From an uncultured Muribaculaceae bacterium (GTDB taxonomy: Bacteria > Bacteroidota > Bacteroidia > Bacteroidales > Muribaculaceae): a stretch of 64,000 nt of DNA. The notes beneath the pieces were generated by a model. That model was not told where the DNA came from. It saw only the letters and a list, made by a program, of their open reading frames with translations, and made no database searches. The stretch's first letter is position 1, and each line of letters starts with the position of its first letter. Below, one piece after another: positions 41,635 to 51,500 of the stretch. The stretch lies in the NCBI GenBank assembly GCA_910584665.1, contig CAJUBL010000005.1:866-64865 (forward strand), read 5' to 3'. The translations under genes and the position numbers were made by a program.

Positions 41635-42912
41635 TTACTCGAAACGCATCACCCGTGCAGGCGATATTCTTGCTACCGTATGAGTCGGTATTATCATGAT
41701 TGCCAGGGAAAGAAGAGCCGCTCCGACGTTAAGGGCAACTATACCTGTCCAGTTAAACTCTACCGGTACCGAATTGAGATAATAGGCTTCGGGATCAAGT
41801 GGCACCAGCCTGAACTGCCACTGAATCCACACAAGCAGCAGTCCCACCATATCACCGATAAGTATCCCCCGGAGTACCACCCGCTCGGCCATATACAGGA
41901 AAACCCGGGCAATCAGACCATTATCGGCCCCCAGAGCTTTCAGCGTACCGATAAGACGTACACGCTCCAATATCATTATAAACAGGCAGGACACAAGGGT
42001 CACTGCCGCCACACACCCCATAAGCGCCAATATCACAATCACATTGGTATCAAGAAGGTCAAGCCAGTTGAAATACATCGGATCCTGCTCAAACACATCA
42101 CTGACAGCAAGATAGCAGTCCGTGGCATCGCTATAGAAAGCATCTGTGGCAACCCGCTGCATAGCCTGTCGTACAGAGATAATTCTATCCGGATCAACAC
42201 CTCGTATCTCAATAGCGCTTCCCTGAACGGAATCAAGGTCACACAATGGGCGTGCAGCATCCATCGACATGAATGCCAGCAACTTATCATATTCATTGAA
42301 GTGGGAATTGTAAATCCCGGCCACGACAAAACGTCTAGTACGTAAATTATTGTCACTGAAGAAGTAGCCGTTTACCCGATCTCCGACCGAGAGTGCAAGG
42401 GCACTGGCGGTAGTTCTGGATATGACAATATGGTACCGGGTAGAATCGACACTGTAATCAGGCAACACACCCGACTCCAGATTTTCAACGATAAACGAAT
42501 CAGCCATATCGCCATCAGAAGCCTTGAAAATCAGACCGGCGAACTGACTGTCGGTCTTCAGTATTCCAGGCTGGCGTATAGTCAGTTCCGCTTTAGCTCC
42601 CTCCGGCAACTCCTTACCGATCATATCGAAAAGAGCCGGCGTGAATGACACACCGACAGACGGTTCTGATTCATAGCCTGACGTTGGCTGGACCGGACAC
42701 ATGGTGACCTGTGCATCAAACCCCATTACCTTACGCGTGATCTGATGCCTGAAACCGGGGACAATAGCCAGAGTAACCAGCATTATGGTGATTGACAATG
42801 AGATGCCTACAACAGCTATCGTTACAGCCGGGGAGCGCCGTGACGTTCCGGGACTACCGTCAGCCGAACGGCCGAGACTGAGTCTACGCGCTATCAACAG
42901 GCTTACCCTCAT
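41635..42912 (-). CDS. ABC transporter permease, FtsX/LolC-LolE family
   Basis: 425 aa. N-terminal TM, MacB-like periplasmic domain, C-terminal FtsX 3-TM domain (LKALGADNGLI). Confidence 0.85.
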   Translation of the reverse strand: MRVSLLIARRLSLGRSADGSPGTSRRSPAVTIAVVGISLSITIMLVTLAIVPGFRHQITRKVMGFDAQVTMCPVQPTSGYESEPSVGVSFTPALFDMIGKELPEGAKAELTIRQPGILKTDSQFAGLIFKASDGDMADSFIVENLESGVLPDYSVDSTRYHIVISRTTASALALSVGDRVNGYFFSDNNLRTRRFVVAGIYNSHFNEYDKLLAFMSMDAARPLCDLDSVQGSAIEIRGVDPDRIISVRQAMQRVATDAFYSDATDCYLAVSDVFEQDPMYFNWLDLLDTNVIVILALMGCVAAVTLVSCLFIMILERVRLIGTLKALGADNGLIARVFLYMAERVVLRGILIGDMVGLLLVWIQWQFRLVPLDPEAYYLNSVPVEFNWTGIVALNVGAALLSLAIMIIPTHTVARISPARVMRFE

Positions 42913-44111
42913 GGCTCCACACGGCCAGGGTAGGCCTTCAACGCTTCACGAAGTACCACAAGAGCATGTCCAAGATCCTCTTTGTTAAGCACATAAGCCA
43001 TACGAACCTCATTACGGCCATGTCCCGGCGACGTATAGAATCCCGATGCGGGAGCCATAAATACAGTGGCTCCTTCATACTCGAAGTCACTGAGACACCA
43101 GCTGCAGAACCGGTCGGCATCGTCAACCGGCAGGCTCACGACTGTATAGAACGCACCCATAGGTATCGGAGAATAGCATCCGGGGATACGGTTAAGACCG
43201 TCAATCAGGAACTTACGACGCTCGACATATTCGTTATAGGTACGCAACATATAGTCGGCCGACGTATCTATCGAGGCTTCGGCCACAAGCTGACCCAACA
43301 ATGGCGGGCTGAGACGGGCCTGGCAGAACTTCATGACATTCTTCTTAAGTTCCTTATGCTTGGTAATAATAGCCCCGATGCGTATTCCGCACTCGTTATA
43401 ACGTTTTGACACTGAATCAATAAGGACCACCTGCTCCTCTATTCCCTCAAGATGGAAAGCCGAAATGTAGGGTGCTCCCGTATAACAGAACTCACGATAC
43501 ACCTCGTCACTGAACAGAAACAGGTCATGTTTCCTGACAAGATCACGTATCTGCTCCATCTCGCGGCGGGTATAAAGGTATCCGGTGGGATTGTTGGGGT
43601 TACATATGAGTATACCCTTGGTTTTCGGAGTGATAAGCTCCTCAAACTTTTCGACAGGGGGCAACGAGAAGCCATCCTCGATCGACGATGGCACTGTTAC
43701 GATCTTCGCGCCGGCCGAGATAGCAAACGCCATATAGTTGGCATAGGCCGGTTCAGGAACAATAATCTCGTCACCCGGATCCAGACAGGCCATGAAAGCG
43801 AAAAGCACAGCCTCCGATCCTCCTGTGGTGACTATGATATCATCGACATCGACGTTGATGTTGAACTTGTGGTAATACTGTTCCAGCTTCCTGCGAAGCG
43901 ACAGGAGACCCTCCGACGGGCTGTATTCCAATACCTTGCGGTCAATATGTCTCAAGGCCTCGAAAGCCTCGGGAGGTGTCGGCACATCGGGCTGACCGAT
44001 GTTGAGATGATAAACCTTTACACCGCGGGCCTTTGCGGCATTGGCCAGCGGAACAAGTTTTCGTATAGGTGATGCGGGCATTATTTCGCCGCGATGAGAA
44101 ATCGTTGGCAT
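42909..44111 (-). CDS. class I/II pyridoxal-phosphate-dependent aminotransferase (aspartate aminotransferase-like)
   Basis: 400 aa. NPNNPTG and the SVSKRYNECGIRIG PLP-lysine region. Confidence 0.9.
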   Translation of the reverse strand: MPTISHRGEIMPASPIRKLVPLANAAKARGVKVYHLNIGQPDVPTPPEAFEALRHIDRKVLEYSPSEGLLSLRRKLEQYYHKFNINVDVDDIIVTTGGSEAVLFAFMACLDPGDEIIVPEPAYANYMAFAISAGAKIVTVPSSIEDGFSLPPVEKFEELITPKTKGILICNPNNPTGYLYTRREMEQIRDLVRKHDLFLFSDEVYREFCYTGAPYISAFHLEGIEEQVVLIDSVSKRYNECGIRIGAIITKHKELKKNVMKFCQARLSPPLLGQLVAEASIDTSADYMLRTYNEYVERRKFLIDGLNRIPGCYSPIPMGAFYTVVSLPVDDADRFCSWCLSDFEYEGATVFMAPASGFYTSPGHGRNEVRMAYVLNKEDLGHALVVLREALKAYPGRVEP

Positions 44112-44265
44112 AATCAGTCCATGAATGGTTTTGAATTTGCAAAGATAGCGTTTTCAACTCAAAAAATATGTTTTTAAGAAATTTTTGATTGCATCTGACT
44201 CATTGGTTAAGCTACATTTTGTAATTTTACATCATAAATGAACAATTACCTAATATTAAGGATAT

Positions 44266-46380
44266 ATGAAGAAAACACTTCTTACCCTGTTGATAACTCC
44301 GATTATTTTTATGAGTCACGCTGAAAACAAACTACTCAAGCCGTTTGACACTCCGCTGTCAACAGCTCCATTCTCCGAGATAACAGTCAAAGATTATGCC
44401 GAGGCTATAGATCTGGGCATTGAGAAAGCCAACCGGGAAATCGAGGCCATATGCAACGCTCGGTCAGTTCCCGACTTTGACAATACCATTGTAGCTCTGG
44501 ACCGCACGGGTTCGGATCTCAATCGCGCTCTGGGACTTTTCTACAACCTTTGCGAGGCCAACAGTGACGACGAGATGATGGAACTGTCTCTGAATGCCGC
44601 ACCAAAACTAAGTGCTTATTCTACAGGAATCATACTCAACGAACGTTTATGGAACCGTGTGAAACAGGTATGGGATAACCGTAGCAGGATGAATCTTGAC
44701 ACCGAGGACATGATGCTGCTTACCAAGACTTACGACAGCTTTGCTCTGTCGGGCGCCAACCTGCAGGGTGATGACCGCGAGAAGTACAAAGCGTTGTCGT
44801 CAGAACTTTCTGAACTCACAACACGCTTCGGGCAGAATGTCCTGAAAGAACTTAACACTTACGAGATATGGCTCACAGCCAATGACCTTGACGGCCTGCC
44901 GGCCGACCTTATAGCCGAAGCGGCTGCATCGGCCGCCGAGAAAGGACGTGACGGTGAATACCGCTTCACTCTCGCCGCGCCCACCTACATGGCATTCATG
45001 AAATACAGTTCCCGTCGCGACCTGCGCGAGAAGATGAACCGCCTTTACACCGGCCGTAACATCAGGGGCGAATACAGCAACATGGAAATAATGAGCCGTA
45101 TAGCCGCCATACGTCTCGAGATTGCCAACCTGCTGGGTTCAAAGACCTATGCCGAGCAGTCGTTAAAGCGCACCATGGCCGGATCCCCAAAGGCAGTATA
45201 CGATCTTCTTGACAAACTGCGCGATGCCTACACCTCGGCCCTGCAGGCCGAGATGGCCGAACTGACGGCCTATGCCTCGGAACTTGAGGGAGAACCAGTC
45301 ACATTGATGCCATGGGATTACAGCTATTACAACAACAAACTGAAAAACGCCAAATATGCCTATGACGAAGAGGAGCTCCGCCCCTACTTCGAGCTGTCCA
45401 ATACGATAAAAGGCGTATTCGGACTTGCCACAAAGCTATACGGTGTCACATTCAGGAAACGAGATGACATCGAGGTATATCATCCTGATGTCACTGCATG
45501 GGAAGTATCTGACGCCGACGGCGACTACTTAGGTGTTCTCTATACCGACTTTTTTCCGCGCGATTCAAAACGTCCGGGAGCATGGATGACCAATTTCAGA
45601 GAGCAGAGCCACGATGCAGACGGAAACGACATACGCCCGCACGTGTCAATCGTGATGAATTTCACCAAACCGACCGCCGACAAGCCTTCGTTGCTCACCC
45701 CCTACGAGGTAGAGACGTTCCTTCACGAATTCGGCCACTCGCTCCACGGTCTTCTGTCAAAATGCAAGTACGAGTCACTGGCCGGCACATCCGTCTACCG
45801 CGACTTTGTCGAACTACCGTCACAATTCAACGAGAACTATCTGACAGAGAAAGAATTTCTCGATGGTTTCGCACGCCATTACATTACCGGAGAACCCATC
45901 CCTGCCGAACTCGTCGACAAGATCGTGAAATCGGCCCAGCATGGAGCCGCCTACCAGTGCATACGGCAGCTCGGCTTCGGCTATACCGACATGGCCTGGC
46001 ACACTATCACCGGACCGGTAACCGATCCCGTTACATTCGAGACCGAGGCTCTGAAGGGAGTACAGGTATTTGCACCTGTTGAAGGATCGATGATCTCGCC
46101 ACAGTTCAGCCATATCTTCTCGGGAGGCTACGCCGCCGGATATTACAGCTACAAATGGGCCGAAGTGCTTGACGCCGATGCCTTTGCCAAATTCAAGGAA
46201 AACGGGATCTTCGACAGTAAGACAGCCCGTCTGTTCCTCGACAACGTGCTGAGCCGTGGCGGTAGCGAAGATCCGGCCGAACTATACCGTCGGTTCCGAG
46301 GTCAGGATCCGACAATCGACGCGCTGCTCCGTCGTGACGGCATCACACCCCTGCCATCGCTAAAATCAGTGAAAGACTGA
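44266..46380 (+). CDS. dcp: M3 family peptidyl-dipeptidase
   Basis: 704 aa with a signal peptide. HEFGH zinc motif (FLHEFGHSLHG). Dcp/oligopeptidase A-like throughout. Confidence 0.9.
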   Translation: MKKTLLTLLITPIIFMSHAENKLLKPFDTPLSTAPFSEITVKDYAEAIDLGIEKANREIEAICNARSVPDFDNTIVALDRTGSDLNRALGLFYNLCEANSDDEMMELSLNAAPKLSAYSTGIILNERLWNRVKQVWDNRSRMNLDTEDMMLLTKTYDSFALSGANLQGDDREKYKALSSELSELTTRFGQNVLKELNTYEIWLTANDLDGLPADLIAEAAASAAEKGRDGEYRFTLAAPTYMAFMKYSSRRDLREKMNRLYTGRNIRGEYSNMEIMSRIAAIRLEIANLLGSKTYAEQSLKRTMAGSPKAVYDLLDKLRDAYTSALQAEMAELTAYASELEGEPVTLMPWDYSYYNNKLKNAKYAYDEEELRPYFELSNTIKGVFGLATKLYGVTFRKRDDIEVYHPDVTAWEVSDADGDYLGVLYTDFFPRDSKRPGAWMTNFREQSHDADGNDIRPHVSIVMNFTKPTADKPSLLTPYEVETFLHEFGHSLHGLLSKCKYESLAGTSVYRDFVELPSQFNENYLTEKEFLDGFARHYITGEPIPAELVDKIVKSAQHGAAYQCIRQLGFGYTDMAWHTITGPVTDPVTFETEALKGVQVFAPVEGSMISPQFSHIFSGGYAAGYYSYKWAEVLDADAFAKFKENGIFDSKTARLFLDNVLSRGGSEDPAELYRRFRGQDPTIDALLRRDGITPLPSLKSVKD

Positions 46381-46405
46381 CACATAACAAATATAATTCC
46401 GGCTT

Positions 46406-46443
46406 AGAATCAGGAGTTCCGCTTAAGCGGAACTCCTGATTCT
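46406..46443. terminator. perfect palindromic hairpin between convergent dcp and the island operon
   Basis: agaatcaggagttccgc ttaa gcggaactcctgattct: a 17-bp perfect stem with a 4-nt loop, followed by ttc on the plus strand. Confidence 0.7.
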
Positions 46444-46685
46444 TTCATAACAGCACCGACATCCACATAAAAATCACGCATACGCAATTCATTGTAAGTC
46501 CTGTTTTATTGGATAGGCCATCATTTTAGCTTTATGTCACTTGTGACACTTTTCTTCAATCGGCTGTTCAATATGTCGCAAATCTCTTTTCCTGTCATTG
46601 TCAGATTGTGAACGGGGATATTTTCTATTGCTCCGGTTTCTTTGAAATTAAATGTCCTCAATCTCTGCTTGAAATTCAAAATCGG

Positions 46686-47579
46686 TTATCGGTCGGGTTC
46701 ATTGTTGTTGAGGAATTTTCGGGCTGATGTTATTATGTCTTTCCATGATGTCGTGCCAAGATCGAAGGAAATAGCGCGGTCATAATCACTTTCAAGTCCT
46801 TTGTCCGAGGCTTTACGCATCGGTACTACTTCCAATGTACGCCCATCATGTTTAATATGCACGCTCGTCGAGTGCAAGTATAGCTGTCGCCATGAACGTT
46901 GCTTCATTGCCTTGATTAGCTCCGAGGATTTCAGTTCCACATACTTTTCATGCAGACTTGCATTGAAAATATCCATCAGAGTGTCCTCAAACGTCCCATT
47001 ATCGCAGTCAAGGGGAAGGAATTTAATCGGATAACTCATGTTGACATAATATATTGTCACAAATATATACTCCTTGTCGGTGCGGTATATCAAGCACGCC
47101 CCCGACCGTTCAAGTTCCGGGCAACGGTAATTATATCGTCGGTTAATCTTCTGCCAACGAATAACCGCCAGTATAACGGCAAGAATTACAAATACGGAAA
47201 CGAATCCATACGAAGGGCCGTCGTAATACTCAAACACAGTCATATTGTTTTCCGGATTGTCTTTCTGATATACCACGCCAATACTGTCACCAATAGCAAG
47301 ACCCTTGACAGCATAGTTTCCTCGGTATCGCAAACTATCAACATTGAAATAATAATCAATACGGGGTGTGTTACCAATACTATAGACCTTTGATACTACC
47401 GTTTTTGTGAAAACAGGATTGGATGCTACGGCGTTATGTTTCCGACCATCGAAATACAGTGCGACAATAGAAATTGGCACAAGAATCAGCATCATAGTGG
47501 CGATAGGCAACCATATATCACCGCGCTGCCCAAAGAAAAACCGATATGTCTTGCTGTCTGATTTCATTTCTTTATCCAT
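46686..47579 (-). CDS. membrane protein: DUF3592-like TM/beta-sandwich/TM module fused to an unknown cytoplasmic domain
   Basis: The ATG at 47579 (MDKEMKSD) overlaps the upstream stop. TM (IWLPIATMMLILVPISIVALYF), VVSKVYSIGNTPRIDYYFNVDSLRYRGNY...GDSIGVVYQKDNPENN, and a second TM (FVSVFVILAVILAVI). About 150 aa of C-terminal domain is unrecognised. Confidence 0.6.
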   Translation of the reverse strand: MDKEMKSDSKTYRFFFGQRGDIWLPIATMMLILVPISIVALYFDGRKHNAVASNPVFTKTVVSKVYSIGNTPRIDYYFNVDSLRYRGNYAVKGLAIGDSIGVVYQKDNPENNMTVFEYYDGPSYGFVSVFVILAVILAVIRWQKINRRYNYRCPELERSGACLIYRTDKEYIFVTIYYVNMSYPIKFLPLDCDNGTFEDTLMDIFNASLHEKYVELKSSELIKAMKQRSWRQLYLHSTSVHIKHDGRTLEVVPMRKASDKGLESDYDRAISFDLGTTSWKDIITSARKFLNNNEPDR

Positions 47580-47811
47580 GTTGGTGGACACCGAAGGATT
47601 CCAGTTTCTTCTCATCAAGATTGATTAGCACATCGACTGCATCGCTTCCGCCATCTTCAATCCAGATCAGCTGGCCTTTATCTTCAGAATCATCGGAAGC
47701 GATATAATCCTCTACTATTTTTTTGCTTATGAGTATCACCATAGCATAGTTAGTATCCCCATATTTCCAACCGAAATATTGCCGACGGTATCGCTCGTAG
47801 GGATATGCCAT
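47572..47811 (-). CDS. hypothetical small acidic protein
   Basis: 79 aa, no TM, ATG start. Translationally overlapped with the next gene. No family recognised. Confidence 0.45.
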   Translation of the reverse strand: MAYPYERYRRQYFGWKYGDTNYAMVILISKKIVEDYIASDDSEDKGQLIWIEDGGSDAVDVLINLDEKKLESFGVHQHG

Positions 47812-47837
47812 ATATTCCAGCCAACCTCCTGGATTGT

Positions 47838-48674
47838 CTATAAAATAGTCGCCATCGGCAGCTGGATGGAGTCGGCGAAATGCTTTATCAATATTTCACG
47901 AGCCGTTTCATATTGCGATTGTGTGAGCTGAAAAAAATCGGGACGCTCTATTGCGTAAAACCCAAGCTCCCCATTATCATAATCGCTTATAATCACATCA
48001 TCAGCCTCCTTTGGAATCGCAATCATGTAATTCTCAATCGGCGAGCCTTCCGAAATATCGCTCCATCTGTCTTTCCTGCTATCGTAAACATAATTGCCAT
48101 ACTCATGTCCCACGCATAACGTATAAGCATTCTTATCGCAGGAATATCTAAGATGAACATTATCATTTGCGAACAGGCTATCATTATCAATGCTGACATT
48201 AATTTCGCTTAAAGTTTTCGGGTATTGTCCGTGCCGGACGTGGAAAGCCTCAATATTATCAATAACTTGATTTTCGGGATAATTCCTGACACTCACAGTC
48301 AAATATAGCAAACCTGTGCCAAGCATCAACAATGCTACATATACCAGTCCTTCAATCTTCAGGATTTTCGTTTTTTCTTTGCTCGGCAATTTCTTCAAGA
48401 AAAGAAGAGGAATCTGTGATATTATGAAGGTAATTACCGTTACAACCAATGCTCCGATGAAACGGTAACTTACATATTCTCGCCATGGATGGAGATTTAT
48501 GTTTAGTCTCTGTTCTCCCAGTCCCATCAGACTAAAGAACAGAGCAAAGAATAGCCCTGACAACAGAAGCATCAAGCATACGGTCTTGAAAATATACAGT
48601 CCCGGCCTCGGCCACTTGACCATAAAGCCGACAAGCAGGATAATAACGCATATAATTATAATAATCTGAATCAT
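47838..48674 (-). CDS. hypothetical polytopic membrane protein with soluble C-terminal domain
   Basis: 278 aa. About 5 hydrophobic segments in the first 130 aa, followed by a ~140-aa soluble region. 3-nt gap from the upstream gene. Confidence 0.55.
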   Translation of the reverse strand: MIQIIIIICVIILLVGFMVKWPRPGLYIFKTVCLMLLLSGLFFALFFSLMGLGEQRLNINLHPWREYVSYRFIGALVVTVITFIISQIPLLFLKKLPSKEKTKILKIEGLVYVALLMLGTGLLYLTVSVRNYPENQVIDNIEAFHVRHGQYPKTLSEINVSIDNDSLFANDNVHLRYSCDKNAYTLCVGHEYGNYVYDSRKDRWSDISEGSPIENYMIAIPKEADDVIISDYDNGELGFYAIERPDFFQLTQSQYETAREILIKHFADSIQLPMATIL

Positions 48675-48677
48675 ACT

Positions 48678-49319
48678 CTATTTTGAGATTTTATTGACAA
48701 TAAACCATAAAAGGAATACTAATCCTGATGATACGACAAAAGAGAGGATTGTCAAAGGAGTTACCCACGGCCAACTTTTGTAATAGAATGTCTTCAATCT
48801 TGTTAGATCCGTCACAGCAGAGGGGGTTCTTCTCTGAGCTTCACTGAGTGATTTATATTGTGTTATGCTGTCTGTCTTGGTGTCTATTACAAAGTAACTT
48901 CCGGGTGTATCGGTATCGTCGATGTCATATCTCTCTCCCGAAATAGAATCGCCTGAAACCTTGATTTTAGTAACCCATTCAAATACGAACTTTCCGTCTT
49001 TATAGAGATATCCGGTAAAACATTCACGGTCGAAACGATCTGCCGGAGATTCTATCTGATAGCCGTTAGGCAAATCGGTCTTATAGTATCCATCCATTCC
49101 GCAACCGGTGTCAAAGATTGATGCACAGGCGAAACCTCCGATTAGACAAGTGAAATAGCACGAGTATATAAACACGAATGGCGATAACAATGCCAGTATG
49201 GTATTACGTTTCCGATGTTTCCTGCTTCGCCAACATACAATACCTGCCAATGGCAGTGCAATCGCTACTGCCAGCAAAGTAATGATTATCAGTTGTATTA
49301 TAATTACGATTAATATCAT
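48678..49319 (-). CDS. hypothetical membrane protein (TM-TM-ectodomain-TM), ectodomain related to that of 51497..52069
   Basis: 213 aa. The ectodomain motifs DGYYKTDLPNGYQI, VSGDSISG and YFVIDTKTDSITQY parallel those of the lipoprotein at 51497..52069. Confidence 0.55.
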   Translation of the reverse strand: MILIVIIIQLIIITLLAVAIALPLAGIVCWRSRKHRKRNTILALLSPFVFIYSCYFTCLIGGFACASIFDTGCGMDGYYKTDLPNGYQIESPADRFDRECFTGYLYKDGKFVFEWVTKIKVSGDSISGERYDIDDTDTPGSYFVIDTKTDSITQYKSLSEAQRRTPSAVTDLTRLKTFYYKSWPWVTPLTILSFVVSSGLVFLLWFIVNKISK

Positions 49320-49402
49320 TGTTTTAGCGGTTTAATAATCAAAAGGATAACATATACCCATAATGCGACAGTCACTCCCCACGCCCCAATAGTCCATTTT
49401 CG

Positions 49403-49618
49403 TCAGACTGTCGGCGGTAGATTCATAAATTCACGATAATAACTTTTAGCTCTTTTCCCATCAACCATAAACTGCAATATGACAAGTATGGCCAGTGAAA
49501 TCCATGCCAAAGTAAAATCATTCATGAGGAATATCCATGAGAATCCAATAGCCATAAGTATGCCGCTAATAAACGCCACATCAATAAATTTCCAAATGTT
49601 TTTATCAGTCGGTTTCAT
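49403..49618 (-). CDS. small two-TM membrane protein
   Basis: 71 aa with two hydrophobic helices. Its start overlaps the upstream stop as ATGA. Confidence 0.5.
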   Translation of the reverse strand: MKPTDKNIWKFIDVAFISGILMAIGFSWIFLMNDFTLAWISLAILVILQFMVDGKRAKSYYREFMNLPPTV

Positions 49619-50484
49619 ATCACTTTTCTGTATTCTGCGTCTATTTTTGAAATTTTATTCGACGAGCCATCGACTTCAATAAATATTCCGTCAGTTATGT
49701 TTTCATCTTTTGGATTTGGCTTAAATTCAACCATAAATGAATATTTATCCAGAGGGGGTCCTGAAAATCCGTCTTGAGGTTCAATTTTAATTGTTTTATA
49801 GGCGTATTGGAAGTCGGTATCATCAGAAACGATTTTAATTGTCCCTGCGGCAAGTTTATCGGCAACTTCTTTCGTGCAGTAATAACCGAATAATCGTTTC
49901 AAGTCATCGGCAGATGCCCCGACAGCCCGTTCGTTAAGATAGAGAGCCATGAATTCAGCCACTACACAAAAGCCATCAGCACCCATGTATTCCTGTAGAA
50001 CAATGATATCGGATTTACCATCAGGCAAAATTTGGTACAGCATATTCCAGCCATCGTCAGTATCAGGGAGAAAACATCCAAATGACACATAAATAGCGGA
50101 ATCCGAAGCCCAAAAGACATAACCTCCCCATTGCATAATATATTCTCCTTCGTTACCGACTACATCCATTGTCCGTATTTCCTTGTCGGCATATACTACC
50201 TTTTTGTCATACGACAGAGTGAGATAGACTGACGAATCTCTGACAGCCCAGTCATGTCGCCTAACGGTTACATCATTGGAATCTTTTAATGCTTTGACAG
50301 TCCAATGCCCGATAACGGTATCTTCAATTACCCTGCCTCTTATTTGTTCAGACTTGTTTTCATTTACAGAATCCTCAATCGTATATTGTGACATAGTATC
50401 ATCGGTCTTACGTCTTCCGTTGCAAGCCACAATCAATATTGATACGATAAATGTAAGAAATACAACATTAATAAAATTTCTCAT
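49615..50484 (-). CDS. hypothetical lipoprotein
   Basis: 289 aa with a lipoprotein signal (SILIVAC). No family recognised. Confidence 0.6.
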   Translation of the reverse strand: MRNFINVVFLTFIVSILIVACNGRRKTDDTMSQYTIEDSVNENKSEQIRGRVIEDTVIGHWTVKALKDSNDVTVRRHDWAVRDSSVYLTLSYDKKVVYADKEIRTMDVVGNEGEYIMQWGGYVFWASDSAIYVSFGCFLPDTDDGWNMLYQILPDGKSDIIVLQEYMGADGFCVVAEFMALYLNERAVGASADDLKRLFGYYCTKEVADKLAAGTIKIVSDDTDFQYAYKTIKIEPQDGFSGPPLDKYSFMVEFKPNPKDENITDGIFIEVDGSSNKISKIDAEYRKVI

Positions 50485-50497
50485 ATTTAACTCTCTT

Positions 50498-50788
50498 TCA
50501 TTCAGATCCTACGGTTAATGCTTTGACAGTATAATTCCAACTCCATAGATATGCAGCCCATAGGAGTAATATCGTTATCGTCAGACATATCGTAAGACTA
50601 ATGCCGATATCTCTCTTACCAGCTCTTATCATATTAGTAATTTGAGCCAAAAGCAGAATCAAATTGAGAATCAGAAATGTGCGATTTACGAATGCCGAAC
50701 CTCCTGCAAACAATACGCCAAAGGTTATTACCCACACTATTACGGATAACACCACGATAATCCATTTTGCTTTATATATCAGTTCCAT
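50498..50788 (-). CDS. small three-TM membrane protein
   Basis: The ATG at 50788 (MELIYKAKWIIVVLSV...) gives 96 aa with three hydrophobic helices. Overlaps the end of the upstream gene by 17 nt. Confidence 0.45.
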   Translation of the reverse strand: MELIYKAKWIIVVLSVIVWVITFGVLFAGGSAFVNRTFLILNLILLLAQITNMIRAGKRDIGISLTICLTITILLLWAAYLWSWNYTVKALTVGSE

Positions 50789-51500
50789 TATTCTGCCTTT
50801 TATATATGAATTGATTTGGCAACACATCAGATTCGGTATTATATCTATCGAAAGATGGTTTTACATATTCCTCAAGATTATGTTCTATCTCATCCTCCCA
50901 TAGCTTCAACAGATCGGTATCAGAAGTGATACAATACCATTTATCCTCATGCACAGGCAGTAAATTTCCGATTCGTTCTCTAACAGCGCACTCATATTCT
51001 TTCGGGAAAGAGGGCACAATCCCGGCGTGTTTGGAGTCGTAATGCTCCAGCCAAAAACTATCGGTATATATGCCTATGTTCAAAGTAAATCTGATTATCT
51101 CCTTGTTATTCCATTTGTCATTCTGTATATTCACGCAATATCCAATCGCTTCATTTCTTTTGAAGAAATGATTGCCACGCCTTTTGAAATCATCATCTTT
51201 AAGGAAATCTGCGATTTTGTCAAATATGAAAGTCCCGTTGCCTTGCAGATCCATTTTGGGTAAAGATGGTTTATCAAATCGCCACAACAATGCCATACCA
51301 AGCAATATTATTGAGCCAAATATCGGAGTGTGCCATGTTATTGTTTGTTCAGTAGGATTATGGAATCGACAAGTCGCTATGCTTGTTGAACTGACATTTC
51401 CCACAAACATAATCAGTCCTATGCACAGCAATATAGCCGAGCATGTCAGGAAAATTGCAAATCCTCTCCGATGAAACCTATTGCTTGCGTCCTTTTTCAT
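50772..51500 (-). CDS. membrane-anchored protein with DUF4304-like C-terminal domain
   Basis: 242 aa. Two N-terminal TM segments, then FKRRGNHFFKRNEAIGYCVNIQNDKWNNKEIIRFTLNIGIY, which fits my recollection of DUF4304. ATGA overlap with the upstream gene. Confidence 0.55.
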   Translation of the reverse strand: MKKDASNRFHRRGFAIFLTCSAILLCIGLIMFVGNVSSTSIATCRFHNPTEQTITWHTPIFGSIILLGMALLWRFDKPSLPKMDLQGNGTFIFDKIADFLKDDDFKRRGNHFFKRNEAIGYCVNIQNDKWNNKEIIRFTLNIGIYTDSFWLEHYDSKHAGIVPSFPKEYECAVRERIGNLLPVHEDKWYCITSDTDLLKLWEDEIEHNLEEYVKPSFDRYNTESDVLPNQFIYKRQNNGTDI

